The translations under genes were made by a program, and so were the position numbers. DNA of 64,000 bases from a virus (lineage: Duplodnaviria > Caudoviricetes): positions 1 to 64,000 of IMG/VR virus record IMGVR_UViG_3300017911_001697. One strand, given 5' to 3'. Numbering within the stretch: position 1 is the first letter of the stretch; every line of letters starts with the position of its first letter. Of the stretch, positions 1 through 8,489 are shown piece after piece. Under the pieces are notes generated by a model. It was not told the DNA's origin. It did not search any database and was given only the letters and a program-made list of their open reading frames with translations.

Positions 1-14
1 CCAGCGGAACAGCA

Positions 15-305
15 TTGGCTGAAGAAAGAATCCTCATGCGAGGAGTCAGTGACATTCAGGTCACAAACACAAGCAAGATAATTTTTGAATTAAAGTCGGG
101 TGCAGTATATTCCGGCGAACTTCAAATGTGTCCAGTAGCAGAACATGTGCTAGAAGCACAAGGCAGAGTTTTAGGTGTTACGCCTTTAACTAGCAAGCCG
201 TGGATTAGTGAAGGCACTAAAGTTGCATTCACAGATATGCACAAACAGGATCACAGAAGAAAACGTCTAGGAACCTGTACTGTGGAAAATATAAAGCCAG
301 TATAA
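15..305 (+). CDS. hypothetical protein, probably the 3' end of a gene entering from the left edge
   Basis: Frame is open from nt 3 to the TAA at 303-305; converges on the minus-strand operon; no recognisable motif. Confidence 0.45.
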   Translation: MAEERILMRGVSDIQVTNTSKIIFELKSGAVYSGELQMCPVAEHVLEAQGRVLGVTPLTSKPWISEGTKVAFTDMHKQDHRRKRLGTCTVENIKPV

Positions 306-306
306 A

Positions 307-1326
307 TTAAGATTGTGCCAAATGTGTTAAGAACTGTTTGGCACAATTTTCCCAAGTCCATTTGAGACTGCCTTCGTAAACTGTCTTTCTGTCCAGAGAG
401 CATGCTTCCTTGATGGCTTGTGATAAATCATTGTGCATGATGCCTGTAACATTTGGTTCAATAACATCAAGCGGCCCAGTAACTGGGTATGCAGCAACTG
501 GTGTACCGCATGCCATACTTTCAATCATTACTACCCCAAGCGTATCTGCACGACTTGGAAACACAAAACATTGTGCTTGTCTGTAGCACTCTGCTAAATG
601 CTTACCGTGCTTAACACCTGTGAATACCACATCAGCATATTTTTCTTTAAGCTCATTTAAGTAAGGACCGTCACCTACAACAACCTTTTGGTAACCAGGT
701 GTGTCAAGCTCACAGAATTCGTTTAAGCCTTTTTCTTTGCTGATACGACTTACACATATCAATATAGGAATACCGCTTGGCTTATCGTTGTATTCAAATT
801 GTTCTCTGTCTACACCTCTGGTCCAACTGACCACATTAGTAAAACCTTGTTCTTCTAGTTCTCTTTTTGCTGTTTCTGTGGGCACCATTACTGCAGAACT
901 ATGTTTGTGTAATTTACGCATGTACCAATAAGATAAATTAATTGGCAGTTTAAACATTGCATGCAGGAACTCTGGCCACTTGGTGTGATATCCTGTGGTA
1001 AATTTAATTTTTGCTTTTAAGGACGCATTGAGATATTTTTTACCTATGCTTCCTTCTGGCGTTGCAATATGTACATGATCGAATCCAGTTATCATTTTAC
1101 GCGGAGAGTGATCCAACCAAAAGCCCATTTTTACATCTGGGTATGGTGTGGGTATTTGAAATACACAATCTTCCGGTGTGATTACTCTGACATAATGCCC
1201 TAACTTTTCTAACTGTTTTACTACATTGGTTAAAGTAGTAACTACACCATTAACTTGAGGCTTCCAAGCGTCCGTCACTATCAGTATGTTCTTCGGCCCA
1301 CTCAATGAGTTTCCATTCACCTTCAT
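307..1326 (-). CDS. agt: GT4 (GT-B) glycosyltransferase, Agt-like glucosyl/glucuronosyl-diacylglycerol synthase
   Basis: N-terminal ILIVTDAWKPQVNGVVTTL, HIATPEG, VSRISKEKG and GT4 signature FPSRADTLGVVMIESMACGTPV; directly downstream of a plcP-like gene. True start may be the TTG at 1305. Confidence 0.8.
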   Translation of the reverse strand: MKVNGNSLSGPKNILIVTDAWKPQVNGVVTTLTNVVKQLEKLGHYVRVITPEDCVFQIPTPYPDVKMGFWLDHSPRKMITGFDHVHIATPEGSIGKKYLNASLKAKIKFTTGYHTKWPEFLHAMFKLPINLSYWYMRKLHKHSSAVMVPTETAKRELEEQGFTNVVSWTRGVDREQFEYNDKPSGIPILICVSRISKEKGLNEFCELDTPGYQKVVVGDGPYLNELKEKYADVVFTGVKHGKHLAECYRQAQCFVFPSRADTLGVVMIESMACGTPVAAYPVTGPLDVIEPNVTGIMHNDLSQAIKEACSLDRKTVYEGSLKWTWENCAKQFLTHLAQS

Positions 1327-2044
1327 GTGTCTCCACTATTGCTGTACAACTTTCAACCCAGTCTCCTGTGTTGATATAGTCTATGTTGTTTATTTTTCGC
1401 ATTGCAGCATGATGTATATGACCGCAGATCACGCCATCATAGTCCTTACTGTTTGCATAGTCTGCTAGTCGTTCTTCAAAGCCTGCAATAAAATTAACTG
1501 CATTTTTTGTTCTGTCTTTTAAATATCTACTTAGGCTCCAGTATTTCATGCCTAGTTTTTTACGAATCCAATTTAGTTTGGTGTTTAACCATATGAGAAA
1601 GTTGTATGCAACATCACCAACATGCATGACCCATTTTAAATCTTTACGCATTAAGTTATCAAACATGTCCCCGTGTACAACCAGATATCGTTTGCCTTCT
1701 ACACTCACGTAATCTCGTTGATTTGTTATTCTTATACGTCCAAAACGTAAATGCCAACTAGTCCATTTTCTCAACGCTTCGTCATGGTTTCCTATAATGT
1801 ATCTTACTTTTGTGCCTTTGCTAGACTTCTTTAGTATTTCTCTAATAACGTCACTGTGTGATTGAGGCCAATATATGCCTCTGAGTAATCTCCAGCCGTC
1901 GATGATATCACCAACTAAAAATAGTTCATGTGCATCATTTTGTTTAAGAAAGTCTATGAGTAGATCGGCATTACAGCCTTTTGTGCCCAGGTGTACGTCA
2001 CTAATGAAGATGGACTTATACTGTTTTTTTGCGTTTTTTGGCAT
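1250..2044 (-). CDS. plcP: metallophosphoesterase, PlcP/LpxH2-like phospholipase C
   Basis: Motifs FISDVHLG, GDIIDGW, WPQSHSDV, GNHD, HGD, CGHIH, YINTGDWVESCTA, matching the Sinorhizobium/marine PlcP type as I recall it; overlaps the agt-like gene. Confidence 0.8.
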   Translation of the reverse strand: MPKNAKKQYKSIFISDVHLGTKGCNADLLIDFLKQNDAHELFLVGDIIDGWRLLRGIYWPQSHSDVIREILKKSSKGTKVRYIIGNHDEALRKWTSWHLRFGRIRITNQRDYVSVEGKRYLVVHGDMFDNLMRKDLKWVMHVGDVAYNFLIWLNTKLNWIRKKLGMKYWSLSRYLKDRTKNAVNFIAGFEERLADYANSKDYDGVICGHIHHAAMRKINNIDYINTGDWVESCTAIVETHEGEWKLIEWAEEHTDSDGRLEASS

Positions 2045-2837
2045 TATCTTTTACTGCTTCCTTTAAGATGTTGAGTTTACTGTTTTGTGTTTTTGCATAA
2101 TACAGTAACGCCTGTGTGTCTTTAGGGAAACAATGACCTCCAAAGCCAAAGTTGCCATCTGGGCCTGGTACTTTTAAATGACTATTGCCAATGCGAGGAT
2201 CGCATTTAAGCATGTCAGTAAATTGATCCCAGGTGCTGTGTGTTTGTGATGTTTCAAATAATTCATACATCTCATTAAAAAATGCAACCTTGGTTGCTAA
2301 GTAACTATTTATGGTATATTTTAGTAAACTAGCAGTAATGAGGTCTGTTTTAAAGGTAGGACAAATCTTTACTGAACTGTGTTTAACGTATGCTTTTTCT
2401 ACAAGTTCGCAGTCTCGCCACTTGCCTCCTAACACTTGCATGTGAGGATTGAGAAAGTCTTGGTGTGCATTTGCTTCTGTGAGAAACTCTGGATTATAAA
2501 CAAGTTTTACAGCAAAGTCTTTTTTCATTTTAGTTAAGTGCTTGGGTGTAATTGTGCTTTTGATAACCACAATGCCTTTATAGTTTTGATCATATAAATC
2601 ACTCAGCACCTGTCTAACAATACTAACGTCTACATCGCCGCTGTCGCCTACTGCTTCTGGTGTAGGCACACATATAAATGTTATTGCAGGATTGAACTCA
2701 ACAAGCTCTTGGATAGTGTTGTTATTCTTTGCAGTGTCTACTATAAACTGTTCTACGTTCTTGTCAAACCCATTAATGACACTGCCGCCAACAAAGCCGG
2801 CTCCAATTATTCCTAGTTTTAAATTACTTTGGCTCAC
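2016..2837 (-). CDS. ugd: UDP-glucose/GDP-mannose 6-dehydrogenase family (short form lacking the C-terminal UDP-binding domain)
   Basis: Rossmann GIIGAGFVG, ICVPTP, IKST, YNPEFL, catalytic GFGGHCFPKD; GTG start. Confidence 0.85.
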   Translation of the reverse strand: MSQSNLKLGIIGAGFVGGSVINGFDKNVEQFIVDTAKNNNTIQELVEFNPAITFICVPTPEAVGDSGDVDVSIVRQVLSDLYDQNYKGIVVIKSTITPKHLTKMKKDFAVKLVYNPEFLTEANAHQDFLNPHMQVLGGKWRDCELVEKAYVKHSSVKICPTFKTDLITASLLKYTINSYLATKVAFFNEMYELFETSQTHSTWDQFTDMLKCDPRIGNSHLKVPGPDGNFGFGGHCFPKDTQALLYYAKTQNSKLNILKEAVKDNAKKRKKTV

Positions 2838-3075
2838 CTTCGTACCACTCTATAACTGTGTTCACACGAAAACTTCTGTATGCATCTTTGTCCAAGCACC
2901 ACACAACTATGTTGTCGCTTTGAGGATCAAAATCTTTTACAACTACATTTTTACCTGCAACCTCTGAATTCAGAGTGCATGGCATAATTCTAATTTCTTC
3001 AGTGTTAATTTTTTTGAATACTACTGTTACAATGCCTTTTTTGGCTAAATTTATAAATTTACCTGGATTGTTCAT
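2824..3075 (-). CDS. WYL_2/DUF2693-like small SH3-fold phage protein
   Basis: VTVVFKK...RIMPCTL...VVWCLDKDAYRSFRV pattern; ATG at 3075 overlaps the upstream TGA (ATGA), so the ORF-track start at 3135 is probably too long. Confidence 0.65.
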   Translation of the reverse strand: MNNPGKFINLAKKGIVTVVFKKINTEEIRIMPCTLNSEVAGKNVVVKDFDPQSDNIVVWCLDKDAYRSFRVNTVIEWYEGEPK

Positions 3076-4076
3076 GCAATTAAACCTTTTTCTAACAAAT
3101 CTTGTATTTGCTTTTCTCTTACCATTGCACCCCATCGTCTTGGATTAACATAAGTCTTTTTAAAGAATTTGCACATTTGCGGATTAGGATCAAACAACAT
3201 CATACTATTGATGCCTTCGTTTAATTCACTGCCCAATGAACAAACTGCTTTGTGTAACATAGTGCTATCCCATTCTAACTTGGTGTAAGGACAAGTTTTA
3301 TCATTTAAACCATCAAAACGTGGAGCAACGTCAGTGTTGAAAAATTGCTTGAACCAATCGTAGTCTGATATCAAGTTTGGATCCCAATCAGTTAACACTG
3401 TCATTTGGCATCCTAGTCTTGCACCATAGATCGCCCACAAGCCGTTTTCAACATCTGAACCAATGTTGCACCATGTTTGCAGTCTATTATAATTGCCATA
3501 CCATATTTTGTCAAGAAAAAGATCTGGTTCTACACGTTCTCCTTGATCAAGGCTCATCTTAACGCCTTCTCTAAACCCTGCTCTAAATGCTTGAAATGGA
3601 GAAGCAGTCTGATGTACTTCTGAGAATGTATCGTTGAGTTGTATGTAGTTTAGTTTCCAGCAAAACTCCATACCTTCGCCGTCTGTTGCAGCTTCGTGAG
3701 TGTTGATTGTTTTGGTATATTCTGTGGGCCAACACTTTAATCCACCATTACCGTACACTAGTCCATTGAGTAAGTTTTTAGCATTCCAACTAAAAATACT
3801 TTCTGATATATTGTTGCCATCTAAATCAGTGTCAGGAACATCAAGTACTTGTTCAAAGAAGTCGTCCATCACAATGTTATCACCATCTACAGTGATAAAA
3901 CGTTCTGTTTCGGATTGATTTGCGGCTGCTTTATGTGCGGCATCAAAACCTTTAACACCGTGTACACGCTTTGCCCAAGGGACTTTGTTCAAAAGATCTG
4001 CCCAATGTTCTTCACAGTTGGGTTCGTCATATGAAATATAGAATATGTCTAACTCTGTGACATCAATTTTTGCCAT
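3072..4076 (-). CDS. GT-A-fold glycosyltransferase-like phage protein
   Basis: IFYISYDEPN, RVHGVKGFDAAHKAAA, DxD motif FITVDGDN, NGLVYGNGGLKCW. Confidence 0.6.
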   Translation of the reverse strand: MAKIDVTELDIFYISYDEPNCEEHWADLLNKVPWAKRVHGVKGFDAAHKAAANQSETERFITVDGDNIVMDDFFEQVLDVPDTDLDGNNISESIFSWNAKNLLNGLVYGNGGLKCWPTEYTKTINTHEAATDGEGMEFCWKLNYIQLNDTFSEVHQTASPFQAFRAGFREGVKMSLDQGERVEPDLFLDKIWYGNYNRLQTWCNIGSDVENGLWAIYGARLGCQMTVLTDWDPNLISDYDWFKQFFNTDVAPRFDGLNDKTCPYTKLEWDSTMLHKAVCSLGSELNEGINSMMLFDPNPQMCKFFKKTYVNPRRWGAMVREKQIQDLLEKGLIA

Positions 4077-4087
4077 GTGTGTGGTCC

Positions 4088-4112
4088 TATTTATACTCTC
4101 AAGTATTTATCG
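4088..4112 (-). promoter_or_regulatory. tandem T4-type late promoters (TATAAATA 4095-4088; CGATAAATAC 4112-4103)
   Basis: Exact T4 late consensus plus the window's recurrent GATAAATA motif just upstream of the 4076 start. Confidence 0.6.
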
Positions 4113-4744
4113 AACAGCGGAGCAGTGTGTATTTTACAATGGCGCAGATCTGCTACAACATCTTTGGTGATTATTTCTTCTGTGAGCAATTCAACCATAG
4201 AAACTGTTAATGTATCGTATATGATATTTTGATTTTCTGGATCACTTAAAAAGATTTTGAATATTCTTTTTCCTTTAACTGTTGCTTGTATTGGATAAAC
4301 ATTTTTGTATTGTTCTTTTGCTTTAGCATCAAGTTTAATTGTTGCTGTATCTTCTTTGATACTCACATACACATCGGCATCACCTTCGCCAAAATCTACT
4401 ACTGTTAAATCTTCTGCAGACATCTTAGCATACACTGTTGCTTGAGGGCGTAGTTGTATTTTGCTTTTACCTTTACTGTCTGTTACTACCCAAAATTGGT
4501 TTATGTCTTTGTCTTTTAACATAGCCAATTCATGTTGATCAAAATCAAAAGTTTTCCACAGTGGGTTAACATCTTTGGGCGGTTGCTTGCCTAGAGACAT
4601 AATATCTCCTCTTTCATCAAAGTAAAGGAACAATTCCCTGTGATCGTTTTTTTCAATCAGTTTTTCAAAGTCGCCGGCGGCGCCTTTCTCTTCTAGAAAT
4701 CTTTTTTTGCGGGCTAATGCCTCAGGACTTATCTCGTCACTCAT
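4091..4744 (-). CDS. hypothetical protein, paralog of 4741-5409
   Basis: 217 aa; shares the EAL/ALARKKRF N-terminus and the IKGKR/RKI.F....DP motif with its neighbour. Confidence 0.75.
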   Translation of the reverse strand: MSDEISPEALARKKRFLEEKGAAGDFEKLIEKNDHRELFLYFDERGDIMSLGKQPPKDVNPLWKTFDFDQHELAMLKDKDINQFWVVTDSKGKSKIQLRPQATVYAKMSAEDLTVVDFGEGDADVYVSIKEDTATIKLDAKAKEQYKNVYPIQATVKGKRIFKIFLSDPENQNIIYDTLTVSMVELLTEEIITKDVVADLRHCKIHTAPLFDKYLRV

Positions 4745-5409
4745 TTTTTCTCCTCAACAAATTTATAATTGTCGAATAATTTTAGTGTGAAAACACTACA
4801 ACCAGTGTAGTTGTCATCTAACTCTATCTTTACTTCTTTGTTTGTTAATAGTTCTTCTAATGATATATTTACATGTTTTAGCATAAAACTTGGATCATTT
4901 TTAGTTGTAATATAAAACGGAATAATTTTCCTACCTTTTATGATCGCATCACTGAGAGGTATATCAGTATACTGCTTGAGAAGGTTAGCATGAGCACTGA
5001 TTATGAGTACAGACTTTCCCATGCTAACCTTAACATCAAACACTCTTTTATTCTGATTGTCTACCTGAAATAAAAAGAAGTCCTCTGTTGATATTCTATC
5101 TACTTCGACTGGTCTAACCTGTATAAACTTTACATGCTTGTTTTTAGGATCTGTAATAATTCTATACAAGTTCCAATTTTTATCTCTGAGGATATCAACT
5201 TGTTCGTTTGTGAATATTGCTTTTTCATACTTTGAATCTAAATCATCGTTGGGCTCTTTGCTCATAGAAACTATTGTGCCATCTTCCTCGTGCCACAAGT
5301 TCCAATCAAGATTTTTGATATGCTTGATTAAGCCATCAACGTTTCCGCCATGTTCATTTTTGGCTTCCATGAAACGTTTCTTTCTTGCTAACGCTGCTTC
5401 AGATACCAC
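4741..5409 (-). CDS. hypothetical protein, paralog of 4091-4744
   Basis: 222 aa; ATGA-coupled to the downstream paralog. Confidence 0.75.
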   Translation of the reverse strand: MVSEAALARKKRFMEAKNEHGGNVDGLIKHIKNLDWNLWHEEDGTIVSMSKEPNDDLDSKYEKAIFTNEQVDILRDKNWNLYRIITDPKNKHVKFIQVRPVEVDRISTEDFFLFQVDNQNKRVFDVKVSMGKSVLIISAHANLLKQYTDIPLSDAIIKGRKIIPFYITTKNDPSFMLKHVNISLEELLTNKEVKIELDDNYTGCSVFTLKLFDNYKFVEEKK

Positions 5410-5590
5410 TATTTTTTTCCTGCTTGGCTTTATTTTTATTCACGTGATAGTTGTATGTTTCTATAGACATTTCGTGTGCACTGAGTTTCGATAGATCATA
5501 ACCTGTAAAACCATACCAATGCATTTTTTTAAGTTGTTCCATTGCTAATCTTCTTTTAAAAACTCTTTCAAAATCTTCCTCAGATTCCAT
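5399..5590 (-). CDS. small hypothetical protein
   Basis: 63 aa; fills the gap and overlaps both neighbours in the operon. Confidence 0.55.
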   Translation of the reverse strand: MESEEDFERVFKRRLAMEQLKKMHWYGFTGYDLSKLSAHEMSIETYNYHVNKNKAKQEKNSGI

Positions 5591-6443
5591 AGTCCTTCTC
5601 CATTTGTTTTATCTTAGTTTCGTCCATCCAATCTTTTTCCACGTAATGAAATGGCATCAGTTGCTGGAAGTTGCCTATTTTAAAATTTGTATAAGAGTCG
5701 TAATATGTTGGCAACGAGTCAGACCATTTATCATTAACCATTGTTTCTGGTATATCTTGTACATGACTTTTCATGTGTACAAACGTTGGAAAATTATTTG
5801 TTAACGGTTTAGTACATTCGTGCTCAATACCAAGCAACTGCATTGCTAAAGCATAAGCAACATCTCCACTTAGCCACGCAGGCTTACCGTGAGGCATGTA
5901 TTTGTAAAACATTCTTTGCCAATGCTGAAATATTATCTCAATCATAGCAAACAATTCACTTGCTAAATCACTTTTCTTAAAATAAAAGAATGCAGTGTAC
6001 ACGTTGGGTAAATCATTTTTAACAAAATATTTTCTATAGTAATCACTACTAACAATATCACCTCGATATGTTCTCACATTGGTTGTGGCCCACACATCTC
6101 TGTCTGCTAACATATCCCACCAATGACTGACATCAACTGGAAATATCATGTCTGTGTCTAGTATAACAGTTTCGTCATACGGTGTCATGTAGTAATATTT
6201 CCACTTGTTGTTTATTTTCCAACTGGTGCTTTTTGCATCATCGTTCCATGGAATATCAATGATGTGATCAAAAACTTGTTTGTGTTTCGACTGTATTAAT
6301 TGTTTTGTTTTTTCATCAACGCACACAGACAAATTACTTACTTTGCTTTGCGTAAGTTTCAAATTGAGTGCCAGAGCATAGGCCTGCTCTAAATAATCAA
6401 CAGAGCCATTGTTCTGTGCTATTACAATATAACCTTTACTCAC
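5580..6443 (-). CDS. GT-A nucleotide-diphospho-sugar transferase (GT8-like)
   Basis: GYIVIAQNN, TPYDETVILDTDM (DxD), PNVYTAFFYFKK, FVHMK, PFHY. Confidence 0.7.
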   Translation of the reverse strand: MSKGYIVIAQNNGSVDYLEQAYALALNLKLTQSKVSNLSVCVDEKTKQLIQSKHKQVFDHIIDIPWNDDAKSTSWKINNKWKYYYMTPYDETVILDTDMIFPVDVSHWWDMLADRDVWATTNVRTYRGDIVSSDYYRKYFVKNDLPNVYTAFFYFKKSDLASELFAMIEIIFQHWQRMFYKYMPHGKPAWLSGDVAYALAMQLLGIEHECTKPLTNNFPTFVHMKSHVQDIPETMVNDKWSDSLPTYYDSYTNFKIGNFQQLMPFHYVEKDWMDETKIKQMEKDYGI

Positions 6444-6606
6444 TCTTTATTTTCCAATTTTCTTTGAACAAACAAAATCTATCATGCCCTTCTGGTGTTC
6501 GATACACAAACTGCATTCCTAATAATTGTACTACAACACCCTCATTTACTCTGTCAAATGCTGGTTCGCTGTGTACAATATAATCTCCTAGTTGTGGCTT
6601 TTTCAT
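6436..6606 (-). CDS. small hypothetical protein (56 aa; not in the ORF track)
   Basis: Read by hand: MKKPQLGDYIVHSEPAFDRVNEGVVVQLLGMQFVYRTPEGHDRFCLFKENWKIKSE; ATGA overlap with the upstream stop and GTGAGTAA overlap with the next start. Confidence 0.6.
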   Translation of the reverse strand: MKKPQLGDYIVHSEPAFDRVNEGVVVQLLGMQFVYRTPEGHDRFCLFKENWKIKSE

Positions 6607-6842
6607 AACTTGATTGCTAACAATAAAAATATAGCCATTAAAATTATATTAGTAAAAAATATCAACACTGCTAAAATTGTGTGATACCATATCCATCTAG
6701 TTCTATATGCATTTTCTAATGTTAAATCTTCAGGGTCAACTTCAGATTCCATTGTTGGAAGGTTATGCATCATAACCTGATCCACCTTGTTTTTTTCAAT
6801 AGGCGCATCAAATAAACTTATAAATTTTTTCCACCAATTCAT
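6603..6842 (-). CDS. small membrane protein with C-terminal transmembrane helix
   Basis: C-terminal hydrophobic run WIWYHTILAVLIFFTNIILMAIFLLLAIKL. Confidence 0.65.
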   Translation of the reverse strand: MNWWKKFISLFDAPIEKNKVDQVMMHNLPTMESEVDPEDLTLENAYRTRWIWYHTILAVLIFFTNIILMAIFLLLAIKL

Positions 6843-6857
6843 ATTTCTTTCCTTTCC

Positions 6858-7175
6858 TTATAGAAAATGATTGTTCCTACGGGTAAACTTTCTCACTTTA
6901 CCGTGATACCACAGCACTTTCCATAGCGAAGTCTTTTTCATTTTAGGTAATGTGTATTCCCATTCTTCGCCTTCTGGGCTTACCCATGTACAATGGTATC
7001 CATACCATAATACACTTCTATACCACCTTACAGTGCCACCTTTGGTGATTAACTTTTCTAGTGTCCAAAAGTAACAATTATTTTTTTTAGTGAACCACCT
7101 ATATGGCCACATCCAAAAGAAAATTACAAAAATAAAAAACGTGGTGACTATCCTTCCATAATCACTTCTACGCAT
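6858..7175 (-). CDS. small membrane-anchored protein
   Basis: N-terminal TM IVTTFFIFVIFFWMW; Trp/Tyr-rich; overlaps the upstream stop. Confidence 0.6.
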   Translation of the reverse strand: MRRSDYGRIVTTFFIFVIFFWMWPYRWFTKKNNCYFWTLEKLITKGGTVRWYRSVLWYGYHCTWVSPEGEEWEYTLPKMKKTSLWKVLWYHGKVRKFTRRNNHFL

Positions 7176-8079
7176 CTAGCTCTCCATTCAAATGTTGTAA
7201 CAAACTGTTGCTAATCCTATTGATAGCCCATTTGTTCATCACGTGTAAATCTACCCCGTTCCACTTAGTCAACATAAAATCTCCTGGACTTCGTGGCTTC
7301 TCTAATAACAACAATAATGTGTTATCATTTAATGCACTGTGCACATCGTCAGTGTCGAATGTTTTATATAATGTTGTTGGCAATTGTGGAATACCTTTGT
7401 CTACAAATCCACTCATGGTATGTGCCGCAACACTAAAACTATAATCGTTTCTGTACAGTCTACCTTTCCATTTGTATAAATCTCTGTAAAACTGCGAGTT
7501 GTCTTTTACATGTTTTACAATATTAAAAAAACTTTCCGCATAAGATGTTTTTTTAAAATACACAACTGTAGCCCAATACATTGTGATACCTAAATCATTG
7601 AGTCTATCCAAACTGTCAAACTTTCTTTCGAACATAACGTCTTGCCATTTCCAATTCATCATTAGTTCTTCGTTATGTCCCCAACACTGATTGAGAGTAT
7701 CACTGAGTACAAGATAGTCAGCATCTATAAGTATGGTCTCATCATAAGGTGAGATATCATATGCATCACATCTGTTTACATTATAAAACGATAAGTTTTT
7801 TGCTGTGTGACTGGTGTCTTTATAAATGCGTATGTTTGCACGTTTAAAGTTTCTGTCTTTCTCAGAAATAACAATGTTATTGATTGCACTGTTAATAACA
7901 TCTTCGCCTAAGTTTTCTTTGGCGTATTCAAAACTGTGACTATCAGTGACTACTGTTATGTTTTCTATGCCTAAGTGTTTTTGTATAAGGAAACTGTTGA
8001 CTACTGCTAATTTAAAGTAGTCAATTTCGTCGTTGTTGTGGGCAAACATCAATATGCCGCGACTATTCTCCTTTTTCAT
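7168..8079 (-). CDS. GT-A nucleotide-diphospho-sugar transferase (GT8-like), paralog of 5580-6443
   Basis: GILMFAHNN, SPYDETILIDADY (DxD), MYWATVVYFKK, YRNDYSFSVA, DLHVMNK. Confidence 0.7.
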   Translation of the reverse strand: MKKENSRGILMFAHNNDEIDYFKLAVVNSFLIQKHLGIENITVVTDSHSFEYAKENLGEDVINSAINNIVISEKDRNFKRANIRIYKDTSHTAKNLSFYNVNRCDAYDISPYDETILIDADYLVLSDTLNQCWGHNEELMMNWKWQDVMFERKFDSLDRLNDLGITMYWATVVYFKKTSYAESFFNIVKHVKDNSQFYRDLYKWKGRLYRNDYSFSVAAHTMSGFVDKGIPQLPTTLYKTFDTDDVHSALNDNTLLLLLEKPRSPGDFMLTKWNGVDLHVMNKWAINRISNSLLQHLNGELDA

Positions 8080-8422
8080 TGAGATCTAATACCTTGTGAA
8101 CTTTTCTTGCTTTTCTAAGTTTCTCATACTCAGCATAGTAATCGTTAGTAACTTCGAACCAGCGACTAATTATTTCATCGTAAAAATCTTTGAGTTCAAC
8201 TTTGATAGGATTGTTGTAAACATCTAATAGAATAGATTCTGTGTGATCAGCATCTAACAACTGTTTACAGAATGTTAACAGATTCATATCAATTTGAAAT
8301 GTGCCGCCGTTGATACTGTAACTCAGCAAATTTTGTGTTTTTGCTTTGAGTGCAGCATTTTGATTGTTTAGGGTGACCCTATAGTTTGCGAATTCTAGTG
8401 CTTTAGTTAGTCGTGTACTCAT
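8063..8422 (-). CDS. hypothetical protein (tail-region, possible fibre assembly chaperone)
   Basis: 119 aa, intact; position in the fibre/baseplate operon only. Confidence 0.6.
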   Translation of the reverse strand: MSTRLTKALEFANYRVTLNNQNAALKAKTQNLLSYSINGGTFQIDMNLLTFCKQLLDADHTESILLDVYNNPIKVELKDFYDEIISRWFEVTNDYYAEYEKLRKARKVHKVLDLNEKGE

Positions 8423-8437
8423 ATCTATATTTAAGTC

Positions 8438-8467
8438 AAAAAAAAGCCAGTAACCTAAATTACTGGC
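8438..8467 (-). terminator. intrinsic terminator after the 8490-9461 gene
   Basis: GCCAGTAA/TTACTGGC 8-bp stem followed by an 8-T run on the minus strand. Confidence 0.8.
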
Positions 8468-8489
8468 CTTAATTTATTACAGAAAGTTA

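Noticed and set aside
1250-2044. Lipid A biosynthesis LpxH
   Set aside because: Although often auto-annotated as LpxH, the linkage to an Agt-type GT4 and Ugd and the N-terminal motifs fit PlcP better; no other lpx genes are present.
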